NCBI GenBank assembly: GCA_047285305.1
Contig: JBJBDL010000003.1
Coordinates: forward strand, 1,184,001 to 1,248,000
Direction: 5' to 3'
Length of the DNA: 64,000 nucleotides
Source of the DNA: Synechococcus sp.
Lineage (GTDB): Bacteria > Cyanobacteriota > Cyanobacteriia > PCC-6307 > Cyanobiaceae
This document shows, one piece after another, positions 43,637-54,505 of this stretch. Under the pieces are notes generated by a model. The model saw nothing but the letters and a program-made list of their open reading frames with translations. It did not search any database and was not told the DNA's origin. Positions within the stretch are counted from its first letter, which is position 1. Each line of letters starts with the position of its first letter. The position numbers and the translations under genes are program-made.

Positions 43637-44197
43637 ATGCCAGACCGCCTCGATTTCCAGAAGTTGTCGTTCGGCGTGCGTCGGATGGGATGGATCCGCT
43701 TCTGGATCCAGGTGGTTCTCGGCATCGTTGTGGTGGGCGTTCTGCTGTTCAACAACATCGGCGGCAGCCTGGCCCGCAATGCCGAACGTGCTGTGGGTCT
43801 GGGGCCTGGCCTTTCGCTAACGTCACTTGCCTTCCTCGTGCTGCTGTTCAGCCTCTGGCAGGGCTGGCTGATCGTTCGTACCGGTCGGGCCATCGACAGC
43901 GCTGCCCGTCCCAGTCGGGGCGAGGTAGCGCGGCTGATCAAACGGGGCCTGTTGGCGGATCTCCTGGGCCTCACCTTCGCCACCATCGGCTATCAGGCCC
44001 TTGCCGGCAGCCTGTTCGTGCAGGCCTCGATGCAGACTCCCGGCATTGCCATCGGCGGCCGCGGCATGGCCGACAACCTGGCCATCACATCCCTGGAAAT
44101 GCTGTCTGTGCTCAGCAACACCCAGGTGCTGTTCGCCCACCTGATCGGTGTGTTGTTTTCCCTCTGGTTGCTGCAGCGGGTTTACCGCACCAGTTGA
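43637..44197 (+). CDS. DUF3611 family membrane protein
   Basis: [11 protein letters not shown], four TM helices, NTQVLFAH. Confidence 0.75.
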   Translation: MPDRLDFQKLSFGVRRMGWIRFWIQVVLGIVVVGVLLFNNIGGSLARNAERAVGLGPGLSLTSLAFLVLLFSLWQGWLIVRTGRAIDSAARPSRGEVARLIKRGLLADLLGLTFATIGYQALAGSLFVQASMQTPGIAIGGRGMADNLAITSLEMLSVLSNTQVLFAHLIGVLFSLWLLQRVYRTS

Positions 44198-44991
44198 TCC
44201 TTGAGCTTGAGTTGCGGCAGTCCGCTAAGGGGGCCCCGCCAGAACAGGTCGGGCTGGATCGGTGTGAGTGAGGGGGAATTGGCATGGATCTGGGCCACAT
44301 CACTGGGCCAATCCCGGGGGCCTTCTCCGGCTGATTCCAGATCCTGCACGGCTTCTCCCGCAAGCCAGTAGTAGGCGCGGCCACGGGGGTCTTCCCGACG
44401 GCTGAATTGCTCGTCGTATCGCCGGATCGAGAGACGGGTCCAGCGCAGTGCTCCCATCTCCTCCCGGGCACAGGGGGGAATGTTGAGGTTGAGCAGCAGG
44501 TTGTCGGGCCACTTGTCGGCGATGGCCTGTTCACTCACCTCCAGGGCAAGATCGGCGGCCGCCTGAAACTGACGCCACTGGAAGCAGGCGCTGCTCACCG
44601 CCAGGGAACGAATGCCCTCAAGGGTGCCTTCCATCGCTGCGGCAACGGTGCCGGAACAGAACACATCTGTTCCCAGGTTGGGTCCGTGATTGATGCCGGA
44701 GAGCACCAGGTCTGGCTTCTCCTTCACTAGTTCGAAAAGGGCCAGCTTCATGCAGTCGGCGGGGGTGCCACTGCAGGCCCAGGCGGTGACCCCTGGGGCG
44801 AACAGCTCATCGGCCCGCTCGGCGCGGATGGGGGTCTGCAGGGTGAGGCCATGGCCTGTGGCAGACCGTTCCTGGTCCGGGCAGACCACCGTCACCTGAT
44901 GGCCGCGGGCTGCCGCTGCGGCGGCCAGGGTTCGGATGCCGTCGGCGAAGACCCCATCGTCATTACTGATCAGGATCCGCAGCGGGGCCAT
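44182..44991 (-). CDS. surE: 5'/3'-nucleotidase SurE
   Basis: [30 protein letters not shown]. Confidence 0.97.
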   Translation of the reverse strand: MAPLRILISNDDGVFADGIRTLAAAAAARGHQVTVVCPDQERSATGHGLTLQTPIRAERADELFAPGVTAWACSGTPADCMKLALFELVKEKPDLVLSGINHGPNLGTDVFCSGTVAAAMEGTLEGIRSLAVSSACFQWRQFQAAADLALEVSEQAIADKWPDNLLLNLNIPPCAREEMGALRWTRLSIRRYDEQFSRREDPRGRAYYWLAGEAVQDLESAGEGPRDWPSDVAQIHANSPSLTPIQPDLFWRGPLSGLPQLKLKDQLVR

Positions 44992-45062
44992 AGGGTCATT
45001 CGCACTGAGGTGAACCTAAGCGGCATGGCTGCTTACAGTCGGCAGCTGTCTGTTCTATCCCT

Positions 45063-46070
45063 GTGAGCGCACCGGTCACCCTGCAGCAGCTCACCGCTCA
45101 ACTCGATGCCCTCGAGCAGCAGGCCGCGGTGGAGATTGCCGAGGCGGCTGATGCCGCTTCGCTGGAGCAACTGCGGGTCGGGCTGCTGGGCAAGAGGGGC
45201 CGCATCTCCGGTGTGCTCGGGGCGATGGGCAAGTTGCCCGGTGAGGAGCGTCCCCTAGTGGGTCAGCGCGCCAACGTGCTGAAAACGCAGGTGCAGTCGC
45301 TCTTGGGAGAGCGGCTGCAGGCCGTGAAGCAGGCGGCCATGGCGGAGCGCATCGCCAGGGAAAGCCTTGATGTCACCGCTCCGGCTTCCGGGGTGCCGAT
45401 GGGCCATCGCCATCCCCTGATCACCACCACAGAAGAGATCGTCGATCTGTTCCTGGGCCTCGGCTACAGCGTGGCTGAGGGACCTGAGGTGGAACGGGAC
45501 CACTACAACTTCACTGCGCTGAACATCCCCGAGGACCATCCGGCCAGGGACATGCAGGACACCTTTTATCTCGGTGGTGACCTGCTGATGCGGACCCACA
45601 CTTCCCCGGTGCAGATTCGTCACCTCGAAGAGAACCCGCCGCCGGTGCGGATTGTGGCTCCCGGTCGGGTCTATCGCCGCGATGCCGTTGATGCCACCCA
45701 CTCGCCGGTGTTCCACCAGGTGGAGGTGCTGGCCATTGATGAGGGGCTCGATTTCAGCCACCTGCGCGGCACGGTGATGGCTTTCCTCAAGACCTTCTTC
45801 GGCGACCTGCCGGTGCGTTTCCGGGCCAGTTATTTCCCCTTCACCGAGCCTTCAGCCGAGGTGGATGTGCAGTGGCGCGGCCGCTGGCTTGAGGTGATGG
45901 GTTGCGGCATGGTGGATCCCGCCGTGCTGGAAGGGCTGGGCCTCGATCCGGAGCGCTACAGCGGTTTCGCCGCGGGCCTGGGGGTGGAGCGCTTTTGCAT
46001 GGTGCGCCATGGCATTGACGACATCCGCCGGCTGTACACCAGCGATCTGCGCTTCCTCGAGCAGTTCTGA
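45063..46070 (+). CDS. pheS: Phenylalanine--tRNA ligase alpha subunit
   Basis: [31 protein letters not shown]. Confidence 0.98.
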   Translation: MSAPVTLQQLTAQLDALEQQAAVEIAEAADAASLEQLRVGLLGKRGRISGVLGAMGKLPGEERPLVGQRANVLKTQVQSLLGERLQAVKQAAMAERIARESLDVTAPASGVPMGHRHPLITTTEEIVDLFLGLGYSVAEGPEVERDHYNFTALNIPEDHPARDMQDTFYLGGDLLMRTHTSPVQIRHLEENPPPVRIVAPGRVYRRDAVDATHSPVFHQVEVLAIDEGLDFSHLRGTVMAFLKTFFGDLPVRFRASYFPFTEPSAEVDVQWRGRWLEVMGCGMVDPAVLEGLGLDPERYSGFAAGLGVERFCMVRHGIDDIRRLYTSDLRFLEQF

Positions 46071-46150
46071 TCGGGAACCTTCGTTACTGAGCGGCGTTCA
46101 GTTCTCGCGCGTCCCATAGGCTGTGGCAGACCTCTACCCGTCGTGGATCA

Positions 46151-47059
46151 GTGCCCCGGATCGGACTGATCGTCAATGACGGCAAGCCGCTGGCAGTGCA
46201 GACGGCGGACACGATTCAGCAGCGTCTGGAGGCAGCCGGCTATGCCGTGGAGCGGGCCAGCAGTTCTGGGGGCATGGTGGGCTTCGCCAACCCTGATCAG
46301 CACCTGCGGCTGCGCGGCTACAGCGCCTGTGTGCCCAAGGGCTTCGATCAATCGATGGTGTTGGCCATCGTGCTGGGGGGTGACGGAACGGTGCTCTCAG
46401 CCGCGCGGCAGACCGCCCCTGTGGGGATTCCGATCCTCACGATCAACACCGGCCACCTGGGATTCCTGGCCGAGGCCTATCTCGATGATCTGGACCGGGC
46501 CCTCGATGTGGTGCTCACCCAGCAATGGACGATCGAGGAACGCAGCAACCTCGTGGTGAGCGTGATGCGGGGCGATCAGCGCCGCTGGGAGGCGCTGTCT
46601 CTCAACGAAATGGCACTTCACCGTGAGCCGCTCACGAGCATGTGTCACTTCGAGATTGCCATTGGCCGCCACGCCCCCGTGGACATCGCCGCCGATGGTG
46701 TGATCCTCTCCACGCCGACGGGCTCGACGGCCTACGCCCTTAGCTCCGGCGGGCCGGTGATCACGCCGGATTGTCCGGTACTGCAACTTACCCCGATCGC
46801 GCCCCATTCCCTGGCCTCACGCGCCCTGGTGTTCAGCGACCGTGAACCCGTCACGATATTTCCAGCCACGCCGGAGCGGCTGATGATGGTGGTGGACGGC
46901 AGTGCCGGTTGCTATGTCTGGCCGGAAGATCGGGTGTTGATCCGTCGCAGCGATCACCCCGTGCGCTTTGTGCGCCTCGCCGACCATGAGTTCTTCCAGG
47001 TGCTGCGCAACAAACTGGGTTGGGGCCTGCCCCACATCGCCAAGCCCGAGCGGGAATGA
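46151..47059 (+). CDS. nadK: NAD kinase
   Basis: [29 protein letters not shown]. Confidence 0.96.
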   Translation: MPRIGLIVNDGKPLAVQTADTIQQRLEAAGYAVERASSSGGMVGFANPDQHLRLRGYSACVPKGFDQSMVLAIVLGGDGTVLSAARQTAPVGIPILTINTGHLGFLAEAYLDDLDRALDVVLTQQWTIEERSNLVVSVMRGDQRRWEALSLNEMALHREPLTSMCHFEIAIGRHAPVDIAADGVILSTPTGSTAYALSSGGPVITPDCPVLQLTPIAPHSLASRALVFSDREPVTIFPATPERLMMVVDGSAGCYVWPEDRVLIRRSDHPVRFVRLADHEFFQVLRNKLGWGLPHIAKPERE

Positions 47060-47733
47060 ATGCCGATCCCCTCTTGCTGCTGGCAGGTGCTTCGGCCGTG
47101 TCCCTGGCGCCCCGTCTGGCTGCATCGGGCTACGCCACCCTCGACTGGCTCAGTGCCGGGCCATCGGCCCATGCCGCTGAACCGCGTGAATCCCCTATGG
47201 CGGCTGTGCTGGCGGCCGATCAGGCCTCATTGATTCAAGACCTGCGCAGCCGTTTCGGGGCCATGCCGATCTTGTTGGATCTGGAACGCGACAGCGTTGA
47301 GGCCCGCGCCGCCTGCCTGGGAAGCGGCGCCGATGATTTCTGGCTCTCGGAGACCGGGCCCAGCGATCTGTTGCTGCGTCTGCGCCTGCACCGCACGATT
47401 CAGCAGCGCTCGGGTCAGCGACCGGCGCTGCTGAACCTGGATGATCTCAGCGTTGATCCCACCAACCGGACGGTGCGGCGGGGAGAACGTGTGGTGGCGT
47501 TGACTGCTCGGGAATTCATGCTGTTGCAGGTGCTGTTGCTGCGGCGCGGCCAGGTGTTGAGCCGCGAGCTGCTGCTTCAGGAGGTGTGGCAGGGGGAGCG
47601 TTCCAGCAGCAATGTTGTTGAGGTGTACGTGCGCTACCTGCGTCAGAAGCTGGAGGCAGGTGGTGAGCATCGTTTGCTGCACACCGTGCGCGGCCGGGGG
47701 TATTGCCTCGGGCAGATGTTGCCGGAGGCTTGA
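47056..47733 (+). CDS. OmpR-family winged-helix regulator with degenerate receiver domain (NblR-like)
   Basis: [30 protein letters not shown]; only GADD is recognisable from the receiver. Confidence 0.85.
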   Translation: MNADPLLLLAGASAVSLAPRLAASGYATLDWLSAGPSAHAAEPRESPMAAVLAADQASLIQDLRSRFGAMPILLDLERDSVEARAACLGSGADDFWLSETGPSDLLLRLRLHRTIQQRSGQRPALLNLDDLSVDPTNRTVRRGERVVALTAREFMLLQVLLLRRGQVLSRELLLQEVWQGERSSSNVVEVYVRYLRQKLEAGGEHRLLHTVRGRGYCLGQMLPEA

Positions 47734-47739
47734 GCGGCC

Positions 47740-48183
47740 ATGCATGCTCTGCCCCCTGAGCCGCTCCCGCAGTGGCTGCCGATTGGGGCCCGCTGGTGTG
47801 TGGGCAAGCAGGGTTGCATTGATCTCGAGGTGGCCCGCAGTCCGGAGCAGCAGCGTTTGGGGTTGATGCAGCGGCCGCCTCTGCCGCCCTTGCGCGGGAT
47901 GTGGTTTCCCTTTGCCACCCCCCAGCCGCAGCGCTTCTGGATGTTCAACACCCTTGCTCCTCTTGACATGATCTTTGTGCGCGATGGGCGGGTGCTCGAT
48001 CTGGTGCCTGCCGTTCCCACCTGCCCTGCCCTGCCCTGCCGCTCCTACGCCGCCGATGCGGATGGCAATGGGCGGGCTGATTTCGTTGATGCGGTGATTG
48101 AGATCGGTTCCGGTGAGGCGCAGCGGCTTGGCATTGGCATCGGCGATCCGGTTCGGATTACCCCGTTTCAGCTTTCGCCGTGA
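47740..48183 (+). CDS. DUF192 family protein
   Basis: EVA, GLMQR, GMWF, FWMFNT..PLDMIF, C...PC..Y. Confidence 0.88.
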   Translation: MHALPPEPLPQWLPIGARWCVGKQGCIDLEVARSPEQQRLGLMQRPPLPPLRGMWFPFATPQPQRFWMFNTLAPLDMIFVRDGRVLDLVPAVPTCPALPCRSYAADADGNGRADFVDAVIEIGSGEAQRLGIGIGDPVRITPFQLSP

Positions 48184-48190
48184 AGTCGGT

Positions 48191-49450
48191 TTAAGCCGGC
48201 TTCGCTCCCGTCACGATCAAGGTGGGGTTCATCGGAGCCAGGCGGGTGCCATCCCCCAACGGTTGTCCCCGCCAAGCCTGCAGTTGTAGAACGCGCACGG
48301 CCAATCCAGCGTTCTCGAGCAGCGGCCGAACGCTGGCCAACGCCTCCATGCTCGCCAGGGGGATCACCACAACACCTCCAGACCGCAGTCGCGTCAGCAC
48401 CTCCTGCAGCAAGCGTTCCCGTTGGGCGCCCCCGCCCCCGAGCAGAACCCGGTCGGGCTGACTGAGCTGGCTCGGGAGCCCGCCGTGCAGCACCGTGGTG
48501 GCGTCGGCCTCCAGCACCGCCGCAGGGCTGACGCCGAGCCGTTGTGCATTGCGTTGGATCAGTTGCGCGCCACCGGCGCGGCGTTCCACCGCCAGCAGTT
48601 GCAGGCCAGGCCGCAGGCGTAGCGCTTCCAGACCGACGCTGCCGGTGCCGGCCCCCAGATCCCAGAGCACGCCTTGCTGCGGCAGGGCGAGTTCGGCCAG
48701 AAGTTGGATGCGCACCTCCCGCTTGGTCATCAGTCCGGGATGATCGCAGTGCTGCAGGTAGAGCCCGTCATCGAGCCCGAACAAGGGCAGTTGATGCGGA
48801 TCCGGTGCGGCAGGTTCGCGGGCGATCAGCAGTGCAATCAGCAGCGGATGTAGATCTGTTGGTAACGCGGTGCCGGGTGTGATCAGCTGCACCCGTTCAT
48901 CGGTGTGCCCGAGGTTTTCGCAGAGCCACAGGTCCGTGCTGGCCTCAAGGCCGCTGCTGCGCAACATCTGCTGCACGGTGCCGGCACCCCCCTGGTTCGG
49001 GTCCGTGAGAACCGCCAAGGCTGCAGGTCGCTTCTGCAAAGTGTTGGCCAGGATTTCGGGGTCCCGTCCGTGCAGGCTCACCCAGTCCGCGTCCTGCCAG
49101 TGTCGGCCGATGCGGGCGAAGGCCAGCTGCAGCGATGTGGGGGCCGGATGAAACCGCAGCCGCTCTGCCCCGATGCGGTCGCAAAGGATGCGCCCCAGGC
49201 CGAACCAGAGCGGATCGCCGCTGGCCAGCACCACCACAGGCTCTTCCGTATGCCGGGATTGCAGGCTGTCCACCAGAGCCCGCGGGTCATCGCTGCTGAT
49301 CAGCTTCGGCAGGGTGTCCCCCAGCCAGTCCTGCAGAGCAGCTTGCAACCGCTGCGGTGCTGCAATCACCGCGGCTGCCCGCAGCAACGTCTGCTGTGGA
49401 GCAGGCAACGAGGCGGGCGCCCCGGCGTCGGTGCCGATCACATCGATCAT
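48191..49450 (-). CDS. cbiET: Precorrin-6Y C5,15-methyltransferase (CbiE/CbiT fusion, CobL)
   Basis: LASGDPLWFG, SLHGR, MTKREVR, WDLGAGTGSVG. Confidence 0.92.
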   Translation of the reverse strand: MIDVIGTDAGAPASLPAPQQTLLRAAAVIAAPQRLQAALQDWLGDTLPKLISSDDPRALVDSLQSRHTEEPVVVLASGDPLWFGLGRILCDRIGAERLRFHPAPTSLQLAFARIGRHWQDADWVSLHGRDPEILANTLQKRPAALAVLTDPNQGGAGTVQQMLRSSGLEASTDLWLCENLGHTDERVQLITPGTALPTDLHPLLIALLIAREPAAPDPHQLPLFGLDDGLYLQHCDHPGLMTKREVRIQLLAELALPQQGVLWDLGAGTGSVGLEALRLRPGLQLLAVERRAGGAQLIQRNAQRLGVSPAAVLEADATTVLHGGLPSQLSQPDRVLLGGGGAQRERLLQEVLTRLRSGGVVVIPLASMEALASVRPLLENAGLAVRVLQLQAWRGQPLGDGTRLAPMNPTLIVTGAKPA

Positions 49451-49482
49451 CCCGTCATTCTGGTGTCAGGGTTTGTGAGGTC

Positions 49483-49842
49483 ATGGCAGGGGGTGATCTG
49501 CTGGTGGATCGCTTGGTGGCAGGGGGCTTCCTGCGCCCTGCGGTGCTGCTTCGAGGCTTGCAGCTCCGTCGCTCTGCCCATCGCCAGCTGCTTGAGGCCT
49601 ATGAGACGTCTCGTGACCGGATTCCTGCGGGGCAGTTGCTTGAGGTGCCCTATGAGGCATTGATCCGCCAACCCCTCGCTGCGGTGAAACGGATCTATGA
49701 CGAACTCGGGCTCAGCAGCTGGCCGCTGGCGCAGGCCCCGCTGCAGGTTCGGATTGCCCAGGCTTGTAGCCACACCGCTGATCCGTTGACGCTGCCCTTG
49801 GCGGCGGAACAGCGCCTGAACGACCTGATGGAGGAGGCATGA
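49483..49842 (+). pseudogene. Shortened sulfotransferase-family remnant
   Basis: C-terminal pattern YETSR..IP...LLEVPYEAL...P...VKRIYDELGL; only 119 aa; no 5'-PSB loop visible. Confidence 0.55.
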
Positions 49843-50081
49843 CCCCAGCCCACGATCGTCGCCAACGCCTACACGAGCTTGTGATTGCCTTGATTGCCCA
49901 GCAGGACGATCTGCCCCTGCTCGATCCCGATCAGCCCGACCTGGAGGGGACAGCCCCCGGCCGTTGGCTCGATCAGAACCGCCGCAGCCTGCATCGCTAT
50001 CAAGCCCTGGTCCGCACGGCGGTCACCTTGGATGCCCTGCTGGATGCCGAAGACAATCCCTCACCACTGTCTGCAGGCTGA
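49839..50081 (+). CDS. Small hypothetical protein (80 aa)
   Basis: ATGA overlap with the upstream ORF, GGAGG Shine-Dalgarno, helical composition. Confidence 0.65.
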   Translation: MTPAHDRRQRLHELVIALIAQQDDLPLLDPDQPDLEGTAPGRWLDQNRRSLHRYQALVRTAVTLDALLDAEDNPSPLSAG

Positions 50082-50154
50082 TGACTGCAGGCTGATCGCA
50101 ACGGCTGGCTGATCGCTTCAAACCTGGCAATCTGAGGCGACTCTCGGCCCCTGC

Positions 50155-52653
50155 ATGGCTTCGTTCGGTTGGTCCGCTCTGAGCTCCCTGCTGGGTCGCG
50201 GCAAGCAAGCCAAGCGCTGGCAGCCACCGGAGGCCTCATGGAGCCGACCCTTCGGCCTGGGCTGGGACAAGCCTTACACGGTTCGCTATGCCAGCAACCT
50301 CGACGACGGCCCCAACCACGGCATGCCGCTGGGGGGCTTCGGAGCTGGCTGCTTCGGGCGGGCGCCCGACGGCAACATCAACCTCTGGCACCTCGATGGC
50401 GGCGAGCACTGGTTTGGGGTGCTTCCCGATTGCCAGTTCGCTCTGTTTGAAGGGAATGGCCGCGGCAAGCGCGCACACGCCTTGGCGGTTCAGCCGGATC
50501 AGGATGCTTCGCGGCCGGAGGCTGGCCAGCCGCTGAAGGCCTGGGAGTGGTATCCGGCCAGCACGCCGGACCGCAGCACCGGCACCTATGCCGCCCGCTA
50601 CCCCTTCAGTTGGACAAGCTACGAGGGCGTGTATGACGCTGAGGTGCGTTGTGAGGCCTTCAGCCCGATCCTGCCGGGTGATTACCAGCGCACCAGCTAC
50701 CCGGTCGCGGTGTTCATCTGGACGCTGCGCAATCCCACGGATCAGCCTCTTGATTTGTCGTTGCTGTTGAGTTGGCGCAACACCACCGGCTGGTTCACCA
50801 ACACCGATGCCTCGGCGGAGGTTCACTTCCGCGATGACGGCAGCCCCGAGCACAACTACGCCCCGGCCATCGGCAGCACCGCCGGCCAGCGCAACCGTTG
50901 CATTGACGATGGCTCCCTCAAGGGAGTTGTGCTGGAGGGCAACGTCTCCAATCCCGTTGCCGAAGGTGAGGGCCAGTGGTGCATTGCCGCAGCTGAGCAG
51001 CCCGGTGTGACGATCCAGCGCTGCAGCCGCTGGAATCCCAGCGGTGATGGGCGTGAGCTGTGGGACAGCTTCAGTGCTGATGGCTCCATCCCTGAAAGCA
51101 ACAACGACCGACGCAGTGGCTCCGACGATCCCCTCAGTGCCGCGCTTACGGTGAAGTGTCAGCTGGCCCCTGGGCAGAGCATTGAGATCCCGCTGGTGAT
51201 CAGCTGGGACTTGCCTGTGACGGCCTTTGCCACCGGCAGCCAGGCGCTGCGCCGCTACACCGACTTCTTTGCTGCGGATGCCAACCAGGCGGTTGCCATT
51301 GCCGCTGAATCGCTGCGTGACTGGCGCAGTTGGCGCCAGAAGATCGAGGCCTGGCAGGAGCCGGTGCTGCAACGCCAGGACCTACCGGAACCGCTGCGGA
51401 TGGCTCTGTTCAATGAGCTTTACGACCTTTGCAGTGGCGGCAGTCTCTGGAGTGCGGCATCACCTGAGGATCCCTACGGCCGCTTCGGCGTTCTCGAGTG
51501 CCTCGACTACGCCTGGTACGAAAGCCTCGACGTTCGTCTCTACGGATCCCTGGCCCTGTTGCAGCTTTGGCCGGAACTCGACAAGGCTGTGCTGTGCAGC
51601 TTTGCTCGGGCGATTCCGGCGGCGGATGCCACCCAGCGCCCGATCGGCTGGTATTTCACCCAGGGCAAGGGCCGGGTGGAGGCTGATCGCAAGGTGAAAG
51701 GAGCCACCCCCCATGACCTGGGGGCTCCCAACGAGATCCCCTGGGATGCGACCAACTACACCGCTTATCAGGACTGCAACCTCTGGAAGGACCTCGGTAG
51801 TGATTTTGTGCTGCAGGTGTGGCGTAGCTTCAAGCTCGCCCCCAGTGGTGAAGACATCCGCTTCCTCGCGGATTGCTGGCCGGCGGCCGTGGAGGCGCTG
51901 CGCTACCTCAAGACGTTCGACGTGAACAACGATGGCCTGCCCGACAACGGCGGTGCTCCGGATCAGACCTTCGACGACTGGCCCCTCAAAGGGGTGAGTG
52001 CCTACTGCGGTGCCCTCTGGATTGCTGCTCTCGAGGCAGCCCTGGCCATTGCCCAGACGCTTCAGCTCAGCACCGGGCTGGACACCTCCGCTGAGCAGAG
52101 GGAATTCAGCGGTTGGTTGGAACAATCCCGGGGCAATTTCGACAAGCTGCTCTGGAACGGCGAGTACTACGACATTGATGCCGAGAGCGGCACGCCTGTG
52201 GTGATGGCCGATCAGCTCTGCGGTGATTTCTACTCACGGCTCTTGGGCCTGCCGCCGGTGGTGAGTGACAACAACAGCCGCAGCACCTTGAAGGCGGTGA
52301 AGGAGGCCTGCTTCGAGGCTTTCGATGGCGGATCCCTCGGAGTGGCCAACGGCTTGCGCCGTGATGGCACTCCCTTGGATCCCAATGGCACCCACCCGCT
52401 CGAGGTGTGGACGGGGATCAACTTCGGGATCGCCAGCTACTACCGCCTGATGGGGGACAAGCAGACGGCGCAAGCAATCTGCTCAGCTGTTGTTGAGCAG
52501 GTGTATTCCGGTGGTCTGCAGTTCCGCACCCCTGAGGCGATCACCGCGGTGAACACCTTCCGGGCCTGCCACTACCTCAGGGCCATGGCCATCTGGGGGT
52601 TCTGGGCCACGGAGACCGATTGGACGCTCATCCCCGGAGCGGATGCTCGTTGA
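50155..52653 (+). CDS. GH116 glycoside hydrolase (GBA2-like glucosylceramidase family)
   Basis: GMPLGGFGAG, LECLDY.WYESLDV, PHDLG, WKDL, DQTFDDW, DQLCG, EVWTG, RTPEA, YLRAMAIW. Confidence 0.92.
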   Translation: MASFGWSALSSLLGRGKQAKRWQPPEASWSRPFGLGWDKPYTVRYASNLDDGPNHGMPLGGFGAGCFGRAPDGNINLWHLDGGEHWFGVLPDCQFALFEGNGRGKRAHALAVQPDQDASRPEAGQPLKAWEWYPASTPDRSTGTYAARYPFSWTSYEGVYDAEVRCEAFSPILPGDYQRTSYPVAVFIWTLRNPTDQPLDLSLLLSWRNTTGWFTNTDASAEVHFRDDGSPEHNYAPAIGSTAGQRNRCIDDGSLKGVVLEGNVSNPVAEGEGQWCIAAAEQPGVTIQRCSRWNPSGDGRELWDSFSADGSIPESNNDRRSGSDDPLSAALTVKCQLAPGQSIEIPLVISWDLPVTAFATGSQALRRYTDFFAADANQAVAIAAESLRDWRSWRQKIEAWQEPVLQRQDLPEPLRMALFNELYDLCSGGSLWSAASPEDPYGRFGVLECLDYAWYESLDVRLYGSLALLQLWPELDKAVLCSFARAIPAADATQRPIGWYFTQGKGRVEADRKVKGATPHDLGAPNEIPWDATNYTAYQDCNLWKDLGSDFVLQVWRSFKLAPSGEDIRFLADCWPAAVEALRYLKTFDVNNDGLPDNGGAPDQTFDDWPLKGVSAYCGALWIAALEAALAIAQTLQLSTGLDTSAEQREFSGWLEQSRGNFDKLLWNGEYYDIDAESGTPVVMADQLCGDFYSRLLGLPPVVSDNNSRSTLKAVKEACFEAFDGGSLGVANGLRRDGTPLDPNGTHPLEVWTGINFGIASYYRLMGDKQTAQAICSAVVEQVYSGGLQFRTPEAITAVNTFRACHYLRAMAIWGFWATETDWTLIPGADAR

Positions 52654-52830
52654 AGTGTTGCGCTGGGGGATTCACCGAACTGGCTGCGGTAATCCCTGGC
52701 GAAGAGATTGCGGCATAGGAAGCCGTAATGGCAGACAATTTTATGCACCTTGCTGAGCCCAGGTGCTGAATGAAAAGGAACCTCCATGGGCTGATTGTTG
52801 GCGGAAATCGCCTTAAAGCAAGGATTGTTG
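52647..52830 (-). pseudogene. Relic of the C-terminal HTH of an AraC-family regulator
   Basis: KVHKIVCHYGFLCRNLFARDYRSQFGESPSATLQR fits the AraC signature V..IA...GF....F...Y...FG..PS. Confidence 0.6.
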
Positions 52831-52858
52831 TGAGAATTCGCTGAGTCACCTCCTGCCC

Positions 52859-53347
52859 ATGCGCCGTTTGCTCTGCTGTTTGTTGGCCGCTCTGGGGCTG
52901 CTGCTTCTCACGCCGGGTCTGGCCTGGGCCCAGGTTCATCAGCACGAGAACGAGGCCGGTGTTGCAATGGTCCGTTCGCTGGAGAGCCTCCGGGACCTCG
53001 ATTACGACAGTTGGCAGGCGGTGGCCTACCGCGAGGGCCCTGCAGGCCAGCCGGTGGTGCTGCGCGTGGTGGGCTATCCAGGAAAACTGCGGCTCGATCA
53101 TCCGGTAAGCCTCCAGGTGTTGGCGGGTCGGCGCGAATGGCAGCTGGACGACATCACCCTGGCCAATCCGGTGCTGGCCACCGATGGCCGTGACGCAGCG
53201 GCTGAATTTGCCCTGGATCCTTTGCTGGACGATCTCAGCAACAACCGACCGCTGCGTTTGGCGTTGCCGGGTGTCTTCACGGAGTTGCCGATCCCTCCCT
53301 ACGTCGTTGGTGAATGGCGGTCCCTGCAAGAGCTGCCCCTCAGCTGA
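52859..53347 (+). CDS. DUF3122 family secreted protein
   Basis: Signal peptide ending AWA, RSLESLRD...WQ.V, LRVVGYPG, V.EW. Confidence 0.75.
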   Translation: MRRLLCCLLAALGLLLLTPGLAWAQVHQHENEAGVAMVRSLESLRDLDYDSWQAVAYREGPAGQPVVLRVVGYPGKLRLDHPVSLQVLAGRREWQLDDITLANPVLATDGRDAAAEFALDPLLDDLSNNRPLRLALPGVFTELPIPPYVVGEWRSLQELPLS

Positions 53348-54411
53348 TGTGGGAGCTCTGGATGCGGCGGGCCCTAGCCCTGGCCGCCCTTGCTGAAGGT
53401 CACACCAGCCCCAACCCTCTCGTGGGGGCCGTGGTTCTTGATCGCCAAGGCCGACTGGTGGGCGAAGGCTTTCATGCGCGGGCTGGAGACGCCCATGCCG
53501 AGGTGGGTGCCTTGCGGCAGGCCGGGGATGCGGCCCGGGGCGGAACCCTTGTGGTCACCCTTGAACCCTGCTGCCACCACGGCCGCACGCCCCCCTGCAG
53601 TGAGGCGGTGCTGCGCGCGGGCATTGGCCGCGTTGTGGTCGCCCTGGAGGATCCCGATCCCCGGGTGGATGGGGGCGGCATCCGTCAGCTGAGAGAGGCG
53701 GGGCTGGAGGTGATCAGTGGTGTACTGCGTGAGGAGGCCCGCCAGCAGAACCGGGCTTTTCTGCATCGCGTTCGCACCGGCCGCCCGTTCGGGGTTCTGA
53801 AGTGGGCCATGAGCCTGGATGGCCGCACCGCTTTGCCCAATGGCGTCAGCCAATGGATCAGCGGTCAATCCGCCCGCGATTGGGTGCATCGGCTGCGCAG
53901 CGGCATGGATGCCGTGGTGGTTGGGGGTGGCACGGTTCGCGGCGATGATCCGCTGCTCACCAGCAGGGGCCGGCGTTCACCGGAACCGCTGCGGGTGGTG
54001 CTGAGCCGCAGTTTGGATCTGCCGAATCAGGCCCAGCTCTGGGATACCGCGTTGGCGCCGACCCTCGTGGCCCACGGCCCCGATGCCGACCTCCGGCGTT
54101 TGCCATCCGGTCCTGAGGAACTGGGGCTTTCGGCCTGTGAACCGCAGCAGCTGATGGAGGCCCTGGCGGAACGGGGTTGCAACCAGGTGCTTTGGGAATG
54201 CGGCCCTGAGCTAGCGGCCGCGGCGATTCGGCAGGGCTGCGTGCAGGAGATTGCAGCGGTAGTGGCTCCGAAGCTGATGGGGGGTATGGCTGCCCGTACC
54301 CCCCTTGGAGATCTGAACTTCAGCGCCATGGATCAGGTGCTGCAGGGGCAGTGGCATCAGAGCGAGCCCATTGGCAACGACTGGTTGCTGCGTTGGCGCA
54401 GCGGCAGCTGA
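53347..54411 (+). CDS. ribD: Riboflavin biosynthesis deaminase/reductase
   Basis: PNPLVGAV, HAE, TLEPCCH.GRTPPC, KWAMSLDG, D.P.LT. Confidence 0.96.
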   Translation: MWELWMRRALALAALAEGHTSPNPLVGAVVLDRQGRLVGEGFHARAGDAHAEVGALRQAGDAARGGTLVVTLEPCCHHGRTPPCSEAVLRAGIGRVVVALEDPDPRVDGGGIRQLREAGLEVISGVLREEARQQNRAFLHRVRTGRPFGVLKWAMSLDGRTALPNGVSQWISGQSARDWVHRLRSGMDAVVVGGGTVRGDDPLLTSRGRRSPEPLRVVLSRSLDLPNQAQLWDTALAPTLVAHGPDADLRRLPSGPEELGLSACEPQQLMEALAERGCNQVLWECGPELAAAAIRQGCVQEIAAVVAPKLMGGMAARTPLGDLNFSAMDQVLQGQWHQSEPIGNDWLLRWRSGS

Positions 54412-54505
54412 GCTGAGCGCTCCCGGCTTTGCCGATCGAGGCTGCTGGCGAAGCAGTCGATCAGCACCCCCATCACGGCAGTGAGCTGCGGCTGTCAAGC
54501 CTTGC

